NCBI GenBank assembly: GCA_029547745.1
Contig: JAKPOQ010000004.1
Coordinates: 70,432-134,431 of the forward strand
DNA: 64,000 nt
Direction of reading: 5' to 3'
Source of the DNA: Actinomycetes bacterium
GTDB taxonomy: Bacteria > Actinomycetota > Thermoleophilia > UBA2241
The notes beneath the pieces were generated by a model. It worked only from the letters and a program-made list of their open reading frames with translations. It did no database searches and was not told where the DNA came from. This document shows positions 1-10,400 of this stretch, piece by piece. The first letter of the stretch is position 1. Each line of letters starts with the position of its first letter. Both the position numbers and the translations under genes were made by a program.

Positions 1-531
1 GCATTTGTCGCCGTCGCGACGCATGATCGCCACCTCGGCTGGGTCGGCGCGGGGATCGCTGACATTGACGACGACGGTCTCGTGTTCCTCGAGGGCGCGC
101 TTGGCCATCGGGAACTGGTTGACGTTGTAGATCCACGAGTCGGGTCGCCGGTTGCCAAGGTCGTCGTAGTCGGCGAGGACGGTGACCGTGCGGGACTCGC
201 GGTCGTAGTCCGAGATCACGCAGAAGTGGCAGTCGAGCAGGCTGGTCATCTGGCGGGCGACCTCACGCAGGAGGTCGGCGAGGTCGAGTTGACTCGTGAC
301 GGCGATGGCCGTCTTCACCAGCGTCTCGAGCTCCCGTTCGCGGGCGAGGCGGGCGGCGAGATGGTTGCTCCCCCCGATCAGGGTGGCCAGTTCCTCGATG
401 TCTTCCTGCTTGATGCGCCGGTGCCCGCCCGCCGTGCGTGTACAAGGGAGGAACCCGGACGCGGTCCAGCGACGGATCGTGTGCGTGGAGACGCCGAGGC
501 GGCGCGCGGCGTGCTGGACGCTGAGGTACAT
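1..531 (-). CDS. BldC/MerR-like (excisionase-type) HTH + GAF domain regulator, 3' end outside window
   Basis: Not in the ORF track. Manual translation from ATG 531: MYLSVQHAARRLGVSTHTIRRWTASGFLPCTRTAGGHRRI...LLDCHFCVISDYD...RRDGDKC, open to base 1. Clear paralog of 749-1816. Confidence 0.88.
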   Translation of the reverse strand, partial: MYLSVQHAARRLGVSTHTIRRWTASGFLPCTRTAGGHRRIKQEDIEELATLIGGSNHLAARLARERELETLVKTAIAVTSQLDLADLLREVARQMTSLLDCHFCVISDYDRESRTVTVLADYDDLGNRRPDSWIYNVNQFPMAKRALEEHETVVVNVSDPRADPAEVAIMRRDGDKC

Positions 532-537
532 GGACGG

Positions 538-567
538 AAGGTACATAGTCGCCGACGATCAAGTCAA
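538..567 (-). promoter_or_regulatory. sigma70-type leaderless promoter (TTGACT-18-TACCTT, 6 nt before ATG)
   Basis: Near-consensus -35/-10 read on the minus strand; no SD between -10 and ATG. Confidence 0.55.
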
Positions 568-748
568 CTCCGGGGAAGTTCTGCGCTCCGCAGAGGCGAA
601 GTTCCCCGTCCGGCGCGTCGAGCGTTCCTTCCCGCAAACGCGGCTGAGCCGTACCATCTCCGTTCCGGTCATGGGTGCGCCGCGTTCCGCTTCGTGCGCT
701 ACACGGCGGTCGGATCGAGCAGCCGCCGTGGACCATCGCGGCGGACGC

Positions 749-1816
749 TCAGCGTGCCATCAGGGCGCCGCCGGCGGCGGCGATGAGGTCCAGCAGCTCG
801 GTCTGGCCTTCGCTCGGGGGTTCCACCAGCGTGACCGCCAGGGTCAGATCGCTGGCGCCGGACGGGTCGCGGGCGACGACGAGTGTCGCCTGCGTGCCGC
901 GCTCGTCCCCGTCGTCGAAGGCTGCCGAAGCCTCGCCGAAGGCGCCGGCGCTGGCGCCGCCCGCGCTGGCCACGCATGAGACCGCTTCGAGCGCGTCGCA
1001 GGCGACGCGGGCGACTTCGGCGAGCGCGGCGTCCGGCGCCGCCGCGACCACGGCCGGGACCCTGCCGGTGAGGCAGCGCAGGGCGGAACGCAGGCGCGAG
1101 ATGTCGTGGTCGCTGCGCGTCTGGTCGGCGAACAGCTTGGCGTTGTGCAACGCCGCTGCAGCTTGGCCGGCGACCGCGCGGCACAGACGCAGCTCCTGTC
1201 GCGAGTACTGCCGCGAGCGCTTCTGGTCGACGACCTCGAGCAGGCCGATGACGTGATCCTGGTGGACGAGCGGCGCCATGAGGAGGCTCTTGTCCCCGTC
1301 GCGGCGCAGGACTGCGGCCTCCGCTTGGTCAACGTGCGGATCGTCGACGTTGACGACGGCCGTGACGCGTTCCTTGAGGACGCGACGGGTCAGAGGGTAC
1401 TCGCTGAGCTTGTAGGGCCCGCTGTCGGGCAGCCGCTGACCGGAATGGTCGTAATCGGCCAGGACGTAGACGATGCCCGCGCGCTCGTCGAACTCGGAGA
1501 TGGCGCAGAAGTGGCAGTCCAGAAGCGCCGTCATGCGGCGTGCGATCTCTGCCAGCAGCTCGGTGACGTCGAGCCTGCTGGCCAGGGCGATGGAGGTGTC
1601 GACGAGGACGTCGAGCTCGCGCTCGCGAGCGAGCTGGGCGGCCAGGTGGTTCGAGTCGCCGATCGCGCGCGCGAGGTCGTCGATGTCGCGCTCGTCGATC
1701 CGGCGGTGGCCCCCCGCGGTCCGCATGCAAGGGAGGAACCCGGTGGCCGTCCAGCGTCTGACGGTGACCGGTGAGACACCGAGGCGGCGTGCCGCCTGCT
1801 GCACGCTCAGGTACAT
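749..1816 (-). CDS. BldC/MerR-like HTH + GAF domain regulator
   Basis: N-terminal LSVQQAARRLGVSPVTVRRW...RTAGGHRRI; GAF-like core (SLLMAPLVHQDHVIGLLEVVD...QAAAALHNAKLF). Confidence 0.88.
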   Translation of the reverse strand: MYLSVQQAARRLGVSPVTVRRWTATGFLPCMRTAGGHRRIDERDIDDLARAIGDSNHLAAQLARERELDVLVDTSIALASRLDVTELLAEIARRMTALLDCHFCAISEFDERAGIVYVLADYDHSGQRLPDSGPYKLSEYPLTRRVLKERVTAVVNVDDPHVDQAEAAVLRRDGDKSLLMAPLVHQDHVIGLLEVVDQKRSRQYSRQELRLCRAVAGQAAAALHNAKLFADQTRSDHDISRLRSALRCLTGRVPAVVAAAPDAALAEVARVACDALEAVSCVASAGGASAGAFGEASAAFDDGDERGTQATLVVARDPSGASDLTLAVTLVEPPSEGQTELLDLIAAAGGALMAR

Positions 1817-1822
1817 GGCGCA

Positions 1823-1851
1823 AACCTACAACCGTTTCTGCCCGTGGTCAA
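1823..1851 (-). promoter_or_regulatory. sigma70-type leaderless promoter (TTGACC-17-TAGGTT, 6 nt before ATG)
   Basis: Canonical spacing; same layout as the paralog's promoter. Confidence 0.55.
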
Positions 1852-2013
1852 TGATGACTAAGTTGTGTTCCTTGGACTGATGAAGTTCGCTGACGAATGT
1901 TCGCTGGAAAGCGCCATGTTCTGCTGGGAGAATGTGATCGATCCTGACGGCCGTCGCCGCCGACCCATCGGAGGGTCGCACGGGCGACGGCCGGACCACG
2001 AAAGGGTGAGACC

Positions 2014-3201
2014 ATGAAGGTCCTGCAACTCGGTGTCGGCGCGGTCGGCGAAGTCAACGCCCGTGTCGCCGCGCAGGAACCGCACGTCTCGACGGTCGTA
2101 TTGGCCGACATCGACGAAGCGCGCGTGCGCGCCGTGGCGGCGAAGCTGCCCCCCGGCAAGGCGCAGTGCCTCGTCCTCGACGCTTCGGACCGAGCGGCGC
2201 TGGTCGACGCCGCCAAAGATGCCGGCTTCGTCCTCAACGCCCTTGCGACGGCCTGGGACATCCCGGTGATGGAGGCGTGCCTCGAGGCCGGCGCGAACTA
2301 CCTCGACATGGGGACCGGTGGTCCGCGCGAGATCACCGGCACGGCCGATCTCGACGAGCAGCTCGCCCTGGACGGCGAGTTCAAGAGGCGTGGCCTGACG
2401 GCCATGGTCTCGTTCGGCATCGACCCGGGGGCCAGCGACGTGTTCGCGCACGCCCTGTACGACGAGTTCGACGCGGTCACGGCCCTGACCGTGCTGGACG
2501 GCGACAACGGCACCGCCGACGGCTACGAGTTCGTGTGTTCGTTCTCGCCCGAGACGATGATCGAGGAATGCCTGCTGCCGCCGTATGTCTTCCGCGACGG
2601 TCGCGAGTCTCGCAACGAGGCGCTTTCGGTCTCGCGGGAGTTCGAGTTCCCGGCGCCGGTAGGGCGCCTGCGGCTGTGGAACGTCGACCACGAAGAGGCG
2701 CAACTCATGCCGCAGTTTCTCGGCGGCAAGGGACTGCGCGACGCGGCGTTCTTCATCGCCCTGGACGACCGCTTCGTCGAGGCCCTGCGCGTCTTCCGGT
2801 ACCTCGGCCTGAACCAACGCGCGCCGGTCGAGTTCCGCGGCGCCCGGTTCTCGCCCCTCCAGTTCGTCGCCTCGCGTCTGCCGCAGCCCGCCGAGCTCGC
2901 GGGCAAGATCCACGGGGCCGTCTGTGTGGGAGCGCTGTGCGAGGGCACGCTGGCCCGTCGGCCGGCGCGGCGTTTCATGTACCAGACAACGTCGCACGAC
3001 GAGGCTTGGGAACGCCTGGGCGTGCAGGGCACGGCTTGGCAGACCGGGGCGTCGGCGGCCTGCGCCGTACGCCTGTTCGCGCGCGGAGAGGTCGCCCGCC
3101 GCGGCGTCGTGCCACCCGAGCTGCTCGACCCCGCGCCGTTCATCGCCGAGATGCGCGCCGTCGGCCTCGAGGTGGGGGTAGTGGACCTTCCGGTCGCCTG
3201 A
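2014..3201 (+). CDS. saccharopine dehydrogenase / carboxynorspermidine dehydrogenase family protein
   Basis: Rossmann LGVGAVG; NYLDM, GIDPG, FSPETMIEE, VDHEE motifs. Confidence 0.85.
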   Translation: MKVLQLGVGAVGEVNARVAAQEPHVSTVVLADIDEARVRAVAAKLPPGKAQCLVLDASDRAALVDAAKDAGFVLNALATAWDIPVMEACLEAGANYLDMGTGGPREITGTADLDEQLALDGEFKRRGLTAMVSFGIDPGASDVFAHALYDEFDAVTALTVLDGDNGTADGYEFVCSFSPETMIEECLLPPYVFRDGRESRNEALSVSREFEFPAPVGRLRLWNVDHEEAQLMPQFLGGKGLRDAAFFIALDDRFVEALRVFRYLGLNQRAPVEFRGARFSPLQFVASRLPQPAELAGKIHGAVCVGALCEGTLARRPARRFMYQTTSHDEAWERLGVQGTAWQTGASAACAVRLFARGEVARRGVVPPELLDPAPFIAEMRAVGLEVGVVDLPVA

Positions 3202-3207
3202 CGGGGA

Positions 3208-3260
3208 GCGTGGGGGCGGGCGGCGGGGCGGCTACGGCGCCCCGCCGCCCGCCCCCACGC
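3208..3260. terminator. 23-bp perfect GC-rich hairpin, probable terminator
   Basis: Arms 3208-3230 and 3238-3260 are exact reverse complements, just after the stop at 3201. Confidence 0.6.
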
Positions 3261-3312
3261 AGGTGGGCCCTTCGGAGGCATGCCCGCTCGCGCTCCGATA
3301 GCATAGGCGCTG

Positions 3313-4560
3313 ATGCCTTCCCTGATGCAACGGCTGCGCCGCGGGTTCCAAGCCTATCCCGGCCAGTTCTGGCTCCTCGTCCTGTGCATCTTCGTCTTCA
3401 CGGCGGCCTCGTCGCTCGGCTTCCCGTACGAAGCCATCTTCCTGAACCACGAGCTCGGGATCAGGATGACGGTCGTCGGCGTCGTTTTCGGCATCGTCCC
3501 CGCGTTGGTCATCCCCTTGCAGATGTGGGGCGGCCAGCTCACCGACCGGTTCGGCCGTCGCAGGATGACGATCCTCGCGCTCACGGTGGGGACGCTCTGG
3601 TACGTGGGGTTCGCTTTCGTCCGCGAGGTGTGGCAGGTCGCTCTGCTCGTCGGGATCGAGAGCGCGTTCGGCTGGCCGCTCTTCCAGACGGCGACCAACG
3701 CCATGGTCGCCGACATGGTGGGTCCGGCGCTGCGGCAGGAGGGGTTCAGCGTGACGCGCGTGGCGATGAACCTCGGCGTTGTCGTAGGACCGGCGGCGGC
3801 CGGCCTGGCGCGCGGCGCCGGCGTGAGCTTCCGCGACCTGTTCCTGGCTGCCGCCGCCGGTTGCGCCACCATGATCGTGCTGGCCATCGCCGGTCTTCGT
3901 GAGAGCCGTCCGGCCGTGGTCGAAGAAGCCGGGGACGAGAAGGGCGAGGGGCGGCGAGGCTACGCCGTGGTGATGCGCGACCGTCGCTTCCTCACGTTCC
4001 TGGCCGTGGCCCTGCCCCCGGTGTTCGTGATCGGGACGTTCGTCTCGATCTTCTCGGTTTACGTGACCGGCGAGATCGGCATCCCGGACGGGACGTGGGG
4101 TTGGCTGCTGGGATTGAACGCCCTCGTCGTCGCCACCGTCCAGTACCCGCTTGTGCGGGCGACGAAGTGGAAGAACCGCATGATCCTGCTCGCCTTCTCG
4201 AGCGCCCTGCTCGGGATCGGTATCGGCGGCTCGGCGTTCGCCGGTGGGCTCGCTTCACTGGTGGTCCTCGTGATCATCATGAGCTTGGGCGAGACCCTCC
4301 TGGCCCCGGTGGCGACGGCCGAGGTCGCCGACTTCGCCCCCGAGGAGTTGCGCGGCCGCTACATGGGCGCCTGGACGATCGTCTGGAACGGAGGCGCCGC
4401 GATGGGCCCGGCCTTCATGGGCTGGGCGATGGACACGCTGGGGGCGCGGGAGGCGTTCGTCGTCCTGCTCGTCGTCGGCCTCGTCGGGGCGGCGCTCTTC
4501 GTGTCGCGGGCGCCGGAGTGGCGGCGGCATCGGCGGGCGGTCACGGCGGGCGAAGCCTGA
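3313..4560 (+). CDS. MFS transporter
   Basis: About 12 hydrophobic segments; MFS motif A GGQLTDRFGRR; PEELRGRYMG. Confidence 0.92.
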   Translation: MPSLMQRLRRGFQAYPGQFWLLVLCIFVFTAASSLGFPYEAIFLNHELGIRMTVVGVVFGIVPALVIPLQMWGGQLTDRFGRRRMTILALTVGTLWYVGFAFVREVWQVALLVGIESAFGWPLFQTATNAMVADMVGPALRQEGFSVTRVAMNLGVVVGPAAAGLARGAGVSFRDLFLAAAAGCATMIVLAIAGLRESRPAVVEEAGDEKGEGRRGYAVVMRDRRFLTFLAVALPPVFVIGTFVSIFSVYVTGEIGIPDGTWGWLLGLNALVVATVQYPLVRATKWKNRMILLAFSSALLGIGIGGSAFAGGLASLVVLVIIMSLGETLLAPVATAEVADFAPEELRGRYMGAWTIVWNGGAAMGPAFMGWAMDTLGAREAFVVLLVVGLVGAALFVSRAPEWRRHRRAVTAGEA

Positions 4561-4647
4561 GACCGCCCGGGCGGCGTCCGCCGCCGCGTGGGTCCGGCGC
4601 CCACCGCCGCTGGCGTGGGTCCGGCGCCCTCCGCCCGCGCAGGCGGC

Positions 4648-6084
4648 TCACGATCCCGCGGATGCCCCTCTGACGATGTCCTCGAGCGCCTCCGCCTTGT
4701 CGGCGGCGAGCTTGGGACCTCGCGCCTCCGCCTCGGCCAGGATCGCCCGCACCTGGTCGGCGGCGTCGTCGGCTTCAGTGCGCCCTCGGGCGCGCCACGC
4801 CTCGATGCTCAGCCGTGTGGCGATGGTGGGGAGGAACACCTCGCCGGCGCGCAGCCGGCGGGCCGTCTCCTTGTCGTTCAGGTAGCTTCCCGAAAAGCCG
4901 AGCCGCTCGATGGTCGCGGCCATGACTGTCGCCGGCGACACCTCTGCGCCGTCGACCAGGCGGAGGATCATCGCCGCGATCTCGGCGTCGATCACGATCT
5001 GCGGCAGGCTCATGAGATTGGCTCCGCTCAGGAGGCCGATTCCGCCGGTCACGAGGTCGGCCCCCGCCGAGACGGCGACGAGGCCCTTGAGCGCCTTCTC
5101 GTAGCCGGCCTGGATGCCGCCGTACTTGGCGTCGGTGGCGAGACCGGGACACAGCACGGGGACGCCGAGCTCGTGGGCGACCTCGGCGCAGGCGGCCGCC
5201 ATGAGGGCCGATTCGAGCGCCCCGAAGGCGAACGTGCCGGCCCTCATGTCGAGCAGGCTGGCGCCGGCGCCCAGCATGACCGGCGTCCCCGGCGCGGCCG
5301 TCTCGATCACCGTTGCGGCTCCGAGGAACTCGGCCACGTCCATGGCCACGGCTCCGGCCACCGTGATCGGCGCCGTCCCGCCGGCGATCGGCATCGGGTA
5401 GATGACGATGGGAGTCCCATGGCGCGCCGCCTCGAGGTTGGCGTCGAGGAAGTCGCGGTCGATCGCGAGCGGCGAGGAGGTGCAGCAGACGACGCTGACA
5501 CGCGGTCGGCGCCGGAACTCGTCCAGGTCGCCGCAGACGACCTCCATCATCCGCATCAGGACCTCGACCTGCCGCCGGTCGGTGACCTCGTCCTGGAGGT
5601 GCTTGTCGGACCAGCAGAGCCCGGTCTGGTACGCGCGGAAGGGGCGCTCAGTCTCTGCCGTGTCGGTCGCGGCGACGAGCATCCACATGACGTCGACCAC
5701 CGACATCGCGTCGGCGACGATGGTGGACTCACGCTGGTCGCGAAGGGTGCCGGGGCGGTAGTCGCCGCTGTCCATGTCGAGGACGTGGGTCGGGGCGCCC
5801 GAGGGCACGAAGTGCGTGCGGGCGCCGTCGAGGAGCACGTCCTCGGCAGGAGTCGCGCCGCCGAGCAGGACGTCGCGGGGACACGCGCGCAAGGCTTCGG
5901 CCACCAAGCTGCGTGGCAGGCGGGCTACGCCGGCGTCGCGGTCCACGTCGGCTCCGGCCGCGGCCAGGACGGCCAGGCCGCGGCCGGAGCCGAAGCGCAT
6001 GCCGGTGCGTTCGAGCAGGCCGAACGCCTCCTCGACGATCAGGTGCCGTTCGTCTTCGCTCAGCCAGCTCGCGGTGAGCCGCAT
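4648..6084 (-). CDS. trimethylamine methyltransferase (MttB) family protein, non-pyrrolysine type
   Basis: ATG 6084 with SD GGGAGG; motifs GGTAPITVAGA, LLDMRAG, TDAK...QAGYEK; no in-frame TAG, Ala at the position before TDAK. Confidence 0.88.
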   Translation of the reverse strand: MRLTASWLSEDERHLIVEEAFGLLERTGMRFGSGRGLAVLAAAGADVDRDAGVARLPRSLVAEALRACPRDVLLGGATPAEDVLLDGARTHFVPSGAPTHVLDMDSGDYRPGTLRDQRESTIVADAMSVVDVMWMLVAATDTAETERPFRAYQTGLCWSDKHLQDEVTDRRQVEVLMRMMEVVCGDLDEFRRRPRVSVVCCTSSPLAIDRDFLDANLEAARHGTPIVIYPMPIAGGTAPITVAGAVAMDVAEFLGAATVIETAAPGTPVMLGAGASLLDMRAGTFAFGALESALMAAACAEVAHELGVPVLCPGLATDAKYGGIQAGYEKALKGLVAVSAGADLVTGGIGLLSGANLMSLPQIVIDAEIAAMILRLVDGAEVSPATVMAATIERLGFSGSYLNDKETARRLRAGEVFLPTIATRLSIEAWRARGRTEADDAADQVRAILAEAEARGPKLAADKAEALEDIVRGASAGS

Positions 6085-6199
6085 GATCCCTCCCGGCTGT
6101 CGTCTGCAGGTGCGCCCGCCATGGTATCGGGGCGCGCCGGCGCTGTCGCGGGCCCGGCCCGCGACAGCGCCGGCGCCGGCGGCGGGCGCCGCCGACGAG

Positions 6200-7070
6200 G
6201 GCGCGGCCTTCGCCCATGTCGCCTGGGTGATCCTCATCGCCGGTCTGATCGGCGTGACTTCGGCTCTCGCGCTCGGTGGCGACGCTCGTCAGGGAGGCTC
6301 GGGGACAGGTCATCACCGACCACATCTCGGACCTCATCCACGCCAAGTCGATCGCTGTCGACTTCGAGTACTACGAGGACTCGCGGTACTACGCCGCCCT
6401 CCACCGCGCCCAGCAGGAGGCGTCCTACCGCCCAACGTGCATCGTCAACGATGTGACGATCATGGGGTAGAGCATCATCGCCCTGATGGTCATGGTCGGC
6501 ATCATCTTGACCGTCCGCTGGTTCGTAGGGGTGATCGTCGTCGGGTGACGCTGCCCAGCGCCCACAGGCGCCTCCGCTACTCGGCCCGCATGTGCGAGCG
6601 GCAGCGCCGGAGCACCGTCGAGGACCGCCGTTCCCCTGAGTTCAAGTTTGAAGTGCAACGCCTCCTCCGCTGACCGCTGACCGACGGCACCTGCGCCGAG
6701 GAGCTGCGCCTCTTCGACCGCGACGACACGTTCCGCGGCTGGCGCCACGCTCTGCGCGACGCCCTTCACGGTCAGCGCCTGGCGATTCGCCGGGCGGCGG
6801 TCCCTGGTCGGGCGTGCTGCGCGCAAGGCCGGCGCGCACGAAGTCCTCGAGAGCCTGCGCCCGGCTACGACACGATGCTGGGGAAGTGGTTCGAGGACGG
6901 CGAGGAGATCTCGATCGGCGGGTGGCGGAAAGTCGCCCGCGCCCGTCGCGCCGTCGTGCTGATCAACCACCGCTTCTCGACGGTGCGCAACGCCGACCGT
7001 GTCGACATCCTCGACGAGGGGCGGATCGTCGAGAGCGGAACGCACTTCGCCCTCATGCCGGTCGCGCCCT
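6200..7070 (+). pseudogene. decayed ABC transporter permease/ATPase fusion
   Basis: Fragments DLIHAKSIAVDFEYYEDSRYYAALHRAQQEA (stop at 6468) and MLGKWFEDGEEISIGGWRKVARAR/INHRFSTVRNADRVDILDEGRIVESGTH. Walker B region missing; stops and frame changes. Ends approximate. Confidence 0.75.
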
Positions 7071-7071
7071 C

Positions 7072-7355
7072 CTACCGGTTGAGGGCGCTCTGCAGGTCGC
7101 GCGCGTGCTCCTCCTCGATGGACAGGATGTCCTCGAGGGCCTGGCGCGGGTCCGTACTCCTGAAGCATCTCGGCCTGGGCGATACGCTCGCGGTGCCGCC
7201 CGATGCCGTCGAGTCTACCCTCGAGGTCCCGCTCGAGCATCGTCTTCGCGTCGGGCGCGACATGGATGGCGGTGACGTCGACCGCCGGCACGCCGCCGAG
7301 GAAGTCGATCTGGCTCGACAGAGTGATCGCGTGCTGGTGTTCCTCGTTGGAGTGC
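7072..7355 (-). pseudogene. bacterioferritin/ferritin-like remnant, 5'-truncated and frameshifted
   Basis: One frame gives HSNEEHQHAITLSSQIDFLGGVP...MLERDLEG...RERIAQAEMLQEYG; another continues RQALEDILSIEEEHARDLQSALNR*. Two EExH-type diiron motifs. Confidence 0.72.
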
Positions 7356-7406
7356 CGGCCTTCGAGGGCACGTACACGTCTCGGCCGGGCGGCCCCTCAG
7401 CCGGCT

Positions 7407-10400
7407 TCAGTCACTGAGGGTCGTCCCGATGGTCCAGTCCTCCTCGGGGCCGCGACGGCGAAGCTTGTCGAGCGCGAGATACAGGACCGGCACGAGGATC
7501 AGGGTCAGGATGGTGGACGTGAAGAGGCCTCCGATCACGACCACGGCCAGGGGCGTGGACAGGAAGGCACTCTCCCCGAGCCCGAGCGACATCGGCAGAA
7601 GGGCGAGGATCGTGGCGACGGCGGTCATCAGGATGGGACGCAGTCGGCGCCGGCCGCCCTCGATCACCGCCGTCCGTGCGTCCATGCCGCGGCGCCGGAA
7701 CTGCTCGACGAGGTCGAGCAGGACGATCGCGTTCGTCACCACGATGCCGATGAGCATAAGGGCGCCTACGAGGCTCGGCATGCCCAGGCTGGTCCCAGTG
7801 ACGAGCATGAGGATGACGGCGCCGACCACGGCGAACGGGATACTGACGAGGAGGATGAGCGGGTTCAGCAGGCTGCGGAACGTCACCACCATGATCACGT
7901 AGACGATGAGCACGGCGATGACCATGGCGATACCGAGGGTACGGAAAGCCTCGTCCATGACGGTCTTGGCGCCGGCGATCTCCCAAGTGGCGCCGTCGGG
8001 CAGGTCGACCTTGGCGAGGGCCGCCTCGGTGTCGGTCGAAGCGGCCCCGATGTTGTTGTTGGTCGGGGCGCCGGTGATGGTCGCCGTGCGGGCGGAGTCG
8101 ACGCGCGTGACCTGCACGGGGGTCATGGTCTCCTCGACCGTGGCGATGTCGCCCAGGCCGACCATGCCTTGTGCCGCGGGGACGCTCAGGCGCTCGAGCA
8201 TCGCCGTGACCGCGCCGGGGATCGGCGGCAGGGTGATCTCGCCGACGCTGAGTTGCGCAGGCAGCACGCCTTCCTCGGTCGGGACGGAGCCGAGCGGGAA
8301 CCCGTTCAGGATGAGGGTCGAGAAGCGACTCAACGTGGTGACGTCGACGCCCGCCGCCGCCGCCTTGGCCTGGTCCACGGTGACCGTCGCCGACGGCTGT
8401 CCCTCGCTGAGGTTCGAGGACACGTCGGCGAGCACCGGGACGCTCTTGACGGCCGCGAGGGCGATGTCGTTCGCCTTCTTGAGGACGGCGGGGTCCGTGG
8501 CGGTGACACGGACCTCGATCGCCGTCATGTCGCCCATGGACGCGTCCTCGCCTCTGACGGTCACCTCGCCGATGCCCTGAAGGTCTGCGACGCGGGTGCG
8601 GAGGTCTTCGATGACGGCCAGCTTGTCGGCCTCGGGGTCGAGCTGCACCGTGAAGACGGCGCTGCTGGCCGAGGCGCCGATTCCTCCGCCGGCGCCGAAC
8701 AGGCTTCCGGTGCTGCCGGCCGTCATCTGGTAGATGTCGATGCCTCGAGTGTCGGCGAGCACGTCCTCGACCTTCGTCGCCGCGGCGAGCGTGGCGTCCA
8801 AGCTGGTGCCGGGGGGCATCTTCTGGTCGATCGACATGGTCGGCGCCGCCGAGGTGTCGAACAGGTTCGTCTTGAGCAGCGTGGTCCCCGCCATGGTCGC
8901 GACGAAGATGGCGACGGCGGCGACGAGGGTCATGGCCTTGTGGTCGATGGCGAGTTTGAGGACCGGCAGGTACAAGCGTTGCAGTCGTGTGACCTCGGCC
9001 GGGTCGCGATGGCCGACGTGGCCCTTGGAGAGGACGAACGTGGCGACGACCGGCACGACGGTCAGCGCGACCAGCAGGCTGGCGAGCAGAGCGAAGGTCA
9101 CGGTGATCGCGAACGGGCGGAAGAACTCCGAGGCGAGGCCGTGGAGGAACCCGAGGGGCAGGAAGACGGCGACCGTCGTGAGGGTGCTCGCCGTGATCGC
9201 GCGGGCGACCTCGCGCGTCGCGCCGTAGGCGGCGGCATGGACGTCGTCGCCCTCCTGTAAGTGACGATGGGCGTTCTCGATGACGACGATGGAGTCGTCG
9301 ATGACGCGGCCGATGGCGATGGTGAGGCCGCCCAGGGTGAGCACGTTGAGTGACTCGCCGCGCCACCACAGGAGGGCGAGGGCGGCGATGATGCTGAGCG
9401 GGATCGACAGACCGGCGATGAGCGTCGAACGCCAACTGTGCAGGAACAGCCAGATGACGAGCACGGCGAAGACGGCGCCGATGAGACCCTCGCGCCACAG
9501 CGAGGCGATGCTCTCTTCGATGAAGGTCGACTGGTCGAGGACGGTGGTGAGGGTGACCTTGTCGCCGAGCTTCTGGTCGAGGTCGGCGATGGTGTCCGTC
9601 ACGGCGTTGGCGACGTCGACGGTGTTCGCGTCCGAGGTCTTGACCACGGAGACGCCCACCGACTCGGCGCCGTTCGTGCGGGTCACGGCGGTGGGCTTCT
9701 TGGCCAGGATGCGCACATCGGCGATGTCGCCGAGCTTGACGTTGCCGTCGTCCGTGGCGACGACCAGGTCCCTGAAGGCGGCCACGGTGGTCGCCTCGGC
9801 GCGGACCGTCACGGGGTAGACGAGGCTGCCCGAGGTCACCGTGCCGGCGCCGGTCGTGAGGTTCGCCGTCGTGATGGCGGTGGTGATGCCCTCCAGTGGC
9901 ACTCCCAGTCGCAGCACCTTGGCCGGGTCGAGACGGATCTGCAACTGCCGCTCCTGGGCGCCCGACACGGTCACCGCCTGCACGCCGTCGATCTCCTGCA
10001 GGCGGGGGACGACGGCGGTGGTCAGGAGTTCGGCGAGCTCGCGGGGCGGAAGGTCCGAGCTGACGGCGAGTTGCACCACGGGGAGCGAGTTGATGTTGAG
10101 GGCGGCGACCTTCGACTCGAGGGCGTTCTCGGGAAGCGCCGACTGGACCGCAGCGACGGCCGCCTGGACGTCCGCCTGCTTGGCGGCCATGTCGGTGCCG
10201 AACTCGTACTCGATGGTGGTGATGCTCATGCCCTCGTTCGAGTACGACGTGTACTCCTTGATGTCGCTGGTCGCCCGGATCGCCTGTTCGATGGGTGTCG
10301 TGACCGTCGCGTCGACGTCGCTGGCGGAGGCGCCGGGGACGACGGTGACCACCGTGAGGTAGGGGAAGGTCAGGTCCGGGATGAGCTCCTCTTTGAGCGA

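Noticed and set aside
1933-1950. TGTGA half-site as a CRP/GlxR box
   Set aside because: Second half-site (TCACA) is not present at the right spacing.
4648-6237. Pyrrolysine read-through, or the longer 529-aa start, for MttB
   Set aside because: No in-frame TAG; ATG 6084 has a good SD and the extra N-terminus overlaps the ABC pseudogene.
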